From Rickettsiales bacterium (GTDB lineage: Bacteria > Pseudomonadota > Alphaproteobacteria > Rickettsiales > UBA1997), in assembly GCA_049418765.1 (NCBI GenBank), contig JBMSJJ010000007.1, forward strand, positions 9,602-73,601: a DNA stretch of 64,000 bases. Reading direction: 5' to 3'. The position numbers and the translations under genes were made by a program. The stretch's first letter is position 1. The number at the start of each line of letters is the position of its first letter. Shown here piece after piece: positions 60,600 to 64,000 of this stretch. The notes below the pieces were generated by a model. That model was not told the DNA's origin, did not search any database, and saw nothing but the letters and a program-made list of their open reading frames with translations.

Positions 60600-62012
60600 T
60601 TATAAATTTTTTAAATTCTCTTCTAATTTATAAGCCCATGAACTGATGGTTCCAGCACCTGTGCATAAAACTAAATCTCCAGATTTTAAAATTGGTTTTA
60701 AAATTGAAGCTAAATCATTTTCATGATTTAATTTTATAACATTTTTATGTCCAGTTTTTTTGATGGCATCGCAAATTGAATCTTGGCTAATTCCTTCAAT
60801 TGGACTTTGTGAAGCTGAATAAATATCGCAAACAATAACGCAGTCAGCATCAATAAAAGCATTTGCAAATTCATTAAATAAGTCGCGGACTCTGGTGTAT
60901 TTATGAGGTTGAAAAACACAAATTAATTGGTGATTTTTAACGATATTGCGAGCGCCCTTAAGCGTTGCCTTAATTTCAGTTGGATGATGACCGTAATCAT
61001 CGATGATAGAAGCATTATTATATTCTCCAACCTTTGTAAATCTTTGCTTAACCCCATTATAAGCTGACAAACCGTTCTTAATTTGTGTGGCATTTAATCC
61101 TAAAAATTTAGCGATTGCCACAGCCACTAAAGCATTACCAGCATTATGTTCGCCATAAATTGGCATTTGAATATCGGCAATAATTTCACCATTTTTAAAG
61201 TGAATATCAAATTTTAACCCCTTTGCATCAACCACGATATTTTTTGCCATAATATCGGCGTTATTATGAATTGAATAAGTAACTAAATTTGATTTATATG
61301 ATTTTATTTTTTCATAAATATTTACAACTTCTGGGCTATCGATACACAAAACCGCTAAACCATTATCAGGAATTTGAGTGATATATTTTTCAAAACATTG
61401 TTTTTGTTTATTGAAATCACCACTATATCCAGCATATTCGAGATGCTCTGGCTCAATATTGGTGACTGCTCCAATCATGGTTGGCAAATTTACAAAACTA
61501 GCATCAGACTCATCAGATTCGGCAACTAAATATTCGCCATTGCCAATTTTTGAGTTGCTTTGAAAGTAGTGAATGATTCCACCATTAATAACCGTAGGGT
61601 CAATATTATTTACTTCCAGCATAACACTAACCATGGCGGTAGTGCTGGTTTTGCCATGCGTTCCAGCAATAGTTATGCCCTTATATTCTTGCATAATTGA
61701 TGCCAATAATTGGGCTCGAGTTATAATTTTAATGCCACGATTTTGAGCTTTTATAATTTCAGGATTATCAGTTTTAATAATTGAGGTTTGAACAACTAAA
61801 GACACATCATCGCTTAAGTTTTTTTCATGGTGTCCAACAAAATATTCTACACCTGCTTCTTTAAGTTTTGGAGTTAAATAATTTTCGCGTAAATCCGAAC
61901 CTTGGATGGCAATATTCCACTTTCTAAGAATAAAAGCTAAAGCACTCATACCAATGCCTCCAATGCCAATAAAATGAATTTTCTTTTGTTGTTTAAGTTC
62001 GTTAATATTCAT
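60600..62012 (-). CDS. murC: UDP-N-acetylmuramate--L-alanine ligase
   Basis: HFIGIGGIGMSALA, GTHGKTSTT and DDYGHHPTEI. Confidence 0.95.
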   Translation of the reverse strand: MNINELKQQKKIHFIGIGGIGMSALAFILRKWNIAIQGSDLRENYLTPKLKEAGVEYFVGHHEKNLSDDVSLVVQTSIIKTDNPEIIKAQNRGIKIITRAQLLASIMQEYKGITIAGTHGKTSTTAMVSVMLEVNNIDPTVINGGIIHYFQSNSKIGNGEYLVAESDESDASFVNLPTMIGAVTNIEPEHLEYAGYSGDFNKQKQCFEKYITQIPDNGLAVLCIDSPEVVNIYEKIKSYKSNLVTYSIHNNADIMAKNIVVDAKGLKFDIHFKNGEIIADIQMPIYGEHNAGNALVAVAIAKFLGLNATQIKNGLSAYNGVKQRFTKVGEYNNASIIDDYGHHPTEIKATLKGARNIVKNHQLICVFQPHKYTRVRDLFNEFANAFIDADCVIVCDIYSASQSPIEGISQDSICDAIKKTGHKNVIKLNHENDLASILKPILKSGDLVLCTGAGTISSWAYKLEENLKNL

Positions 62013-62102
62013 TAATTATAAATTTTGATATTTAAAATATTTTCGTTAAATTTCTTAATTAAATTAAATAACAAATTTTATTTGTAAAATAAAAAATTAA
62101 AA

Positions 62103-62732
62103 ATGCTTAAAAAAAATATTACAAAAATTTTTGATATTTGGCAACAAAATAATCCAAATCCTCAAACTGAACTTGAATATATCAATAACTATACCTTGTT
62201 GGTGGCCGTTGTTTTGTCAGCTCAAAGCACCGATATTAATGTAAATAAAGCCACAAAAGAGTTATTTAAAATTGCCTATACTCCAGAATTAATGCTGAAA
62301 TTAGGAGAAAAAAAATTAAAAAAATATATTGCTACAATTGGTTTATATAATGCAAAAGCTAAAAATGTAATTTTACTTAGCGAACAATTAATTCAAAATC
62401 ATAACTCAGAAGTTCCAAATGATTTTGAAAGTCTAATAAAGCTTGCAGGGGTAGGGCGGAAAACTGCAAATGTTGTATTAAACTGCGCTTTTAAGCAATT
62501 AACCATGGGGGTTGATACCCATGTTTTTCGTATTGCCAATCGAATCGGAATTGTCAAAGAAGAATCGCCTGAAAAAACTGAAATTGCTTTGTTAAAAAAA
62601 ATTCCAAAAGAATTTTTGCTTCATGCTCATCATTGGATGATTTTGCATGGAAGATATATTTGTAAGGCGAGAAGTCCTGATTGTAAAAAATGTAAGATTA
62701 GTAAATTTTGTGAATATAAAGCCAAAAACTAG
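62103..62732 (+). CDS. nth: Endonuclease III
   Basis: HhH-GPD LAGVGRKTANVVL, catalytic-region VDTHVFR, and the 4Fe-4S cluster CKARSPDCKKCKISKFC. Confidence 0.93.
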   Translation: MLKKNITKIFDIWQQNNPNPQTELEYINNYTLLVAVVLSAQSTDINVNKATKELFKIAYTPELMLKLGEKKLKKYIATIGLYNAKAKNVILLSEQLIQNHNSEVPNDFESLIKLAGVGRKTANVVLNCAFKQLTMGVDTHVFRIANRIGIVKEESPEKTEIALLKKIPKEFLLHAHHWMILHGRYICKARSPDCKKCKISKFCEYKAKN

Positions 62733-63697
62733 AAGCTTAAAACCAATGATCCAGTGGTTTTACGATTTTCAATATCTTCAAAAGCTCTTTTAATATCGTT
62801 AAAATTATATTTAGTTATTTTTGGTCTAACCACTCCCTTTTTAACGGCATTAAAAATTTCATTGGCACCGGAAATAAGTTCGGTTCTAGGCGCTTTATAT
62901 TGATTTAATTTTGGTCGAGTTAAGAAAACCGAATTGGCGGTTAAATCATCGATGTTGAATGATTCGATCCCACCAGAGGTTTCGCCAAAACTAACACAAA
63001 GTCCCATGCCCCAAAGGCAATCAATTGATTTTTTTAATGTTTCTTTTCCAATAGAATCAAAGACAATTCCAACTCCCATATAATCGGTGATATTGCCGAC
63101 TTCTTGCACTAAATCTTGAGTTAAATAATTGATAACATAGCTACAACCAATTGATCTTGCATATTCAATTTTTTCATCAGAGCCAACGGTGCCAATAATT
63201 TCAATCCCCATTTGTTTAGCTAATTGACATAAAATATGACCAACGCCACTGGTTGCAGATTGAACTAAAATTCTTTTTACTAATGCAGATAAACAGACCT
63301 TATGAAGTAAGGTGTGAGCCATCAAACCTTTGATAAAGCAGGCAGAGATAATGTCGTCAGTCAAAAAATCGGGTGATGCAATTGCTCTAGAAGCCAAAAC
63401 GGCTTTTTTTTGAGCGAAAGAACCAACTCCAGCATTAAAATAAGTGACTCGATCGCCAATTTTAAAATCTTTAACATCAGCACCAATTTCTGATATAATG
63501 CCACTACCTTCGATTCCTAAAATAGCCGGCATTTTTTTTAATTTGTAAATGCCTTTGGCAAAAGCATAGTCGAAGAAATTAATTCCGGCAAAATTATGTT
63601 TGACTATGATTTCGTTAGTTTTTGGTTTTGGATCTGGAACTTCCTCAACTTTTATACTATTGAAATCTCCTTGTTTAGATAGAACTAAAGCTTGCAT
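62729..63697 (-). CDS. qor: NADPH:quinone oxidoreductase (MDR superfamily)
   Basis: GINFFDYAFAKGIY, GIEGSGII and the nucleotide-binding ATSGVGH. Confidence 0.8.
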   Translation of the reverse strand: MQALVLSKQGDFNSIKVEEVPDPKPKTNEIIVKHNFAGINFFDYAFAKGIYKLKKMPAILGIEGSGIISEIGADVKDFKIGDRVTYFNAGVGSFAQKKAVLASRAIASPDFLTDDIISACFIKGLMAHTLLHKVCLSALVKRILVQSATSGVGHILCQLAKQMGIEIIGTVGSDEKIEYARSIGCSYVINYLTQDLVQEVGNITDYMGVGIVFDSIGKETLKKSIDCLWGMGLCVSFGETSGGIESFNIDDLTANSVFLTRPKLNQYKAPRTELISGANEIFNAVKKGVVRPKITKYNFNDIKRAFEDIENRKTTGSLVLSF

Positions 63698-63714
63698 TTA
63701 TAAAAAATTATATT

Positions 63715-64000
63715 TTAAAAAAAGTCGGCAACCCACAATAAAATGGCTTTTTGAATATGAAGACGATTTTCAGCTTCGTCAAATATAATTGAGTATTTAG
63801 AATCAACCACATCTTCACTTGCTTCAAAGCCACGATATACTGGCAGGCAATGTGTAAAAATTGCATTTTTATTTGCCAATTTCATTGCCTTTTCATTTAC
63901 TTGAAAAGGTTGCAACAAATTAATTTTTCTTTGACGAAGTGCGTCGTTATTTTCTGCTTCATCGCCCATTGAAAACCAAGTATCAGTAATAACTACATCG
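63715..64000 (-). CDS. argF: Ornithine carbamoyltransferase, C-terminal part (5' end outside the window)
   Basis: The frame stays open to the window edge: DVVITDTWFSMGDE...FTHCLPVYRG.E...FDEAENRLHIQKAILLW. HCLP and AENR are OTCase landmarks. Confidence 0.8.
   Translation of the reverse strand, partial: DVVITDTWFSMGDEAENNDALRQRKINLLQPFQVNEKAMKLANKNAIFTHCLPVYRGFEASEDVVDSKYSIIFDEAENRLHIQKAILLWVADFF

Overview
Visibly AT-rich, gene-dense segment of an alphaproteobacterial chromosome. Gene content suggests a Rickettsiales/Holosporales-like host-associated bacterium. The supporting signs are an rvh-style virB4 plus oversized virB6, a membrane-anchored cytochrome c, fusA not followed by tuf, and operons that are normally contiguous being scattered. 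This placement is inference. I count about 60 intact CDS, mostly housekeeping: fusA, nuoE, petABC, dut, ctpA, ispG, purB, pccA, ubiA, nadD, tatD, metE, lolC, hslV, tolB, rpmE, greA, ahcY, prs, hemJ, ubiE, queA, murC, nth, qor and argF. There is one tRNA-Thr(GGU). A decayed IS3-family element keeps ~45-bp terminal inverted repeats. Several gene relics are present: a family-2 glycosyltransferase, the C-terminus of an RND pump, and two decayed ORFs of unknown origin. Items worth follow-up: (1) a virB4-virB6 pair with no virB3, where VirB6 is 985 aa with a Cys-rich N-terminal region and a Gly/Asp tail encoded by a GC-rich triplet tract. (2) An unlisted 58-aa lipoprotein gene (9738-9914) with a VirB7-like Cys/Pro-Ile-Asn core. 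(3) A 779-aa pentapeptide-repeat plus HExxH protein without a signal peptide, in a patch of orphan genes, which I treat as a candidate secreted effector. (4) A ~630-aa glycosyltransferase-like gene split by a frameshift inside an A9 run. (5) A type IV pilin with Ala instead of Gly at the cleavage site, plus a divergent prepilin peptidase. (6) Tandem VanX/DdpX-type dipeptidases. I found no CRISPR array, recognisable defence system or toxin-antitoxin pair. All functional calls rest on motif recognition by eye and need database confirmation.
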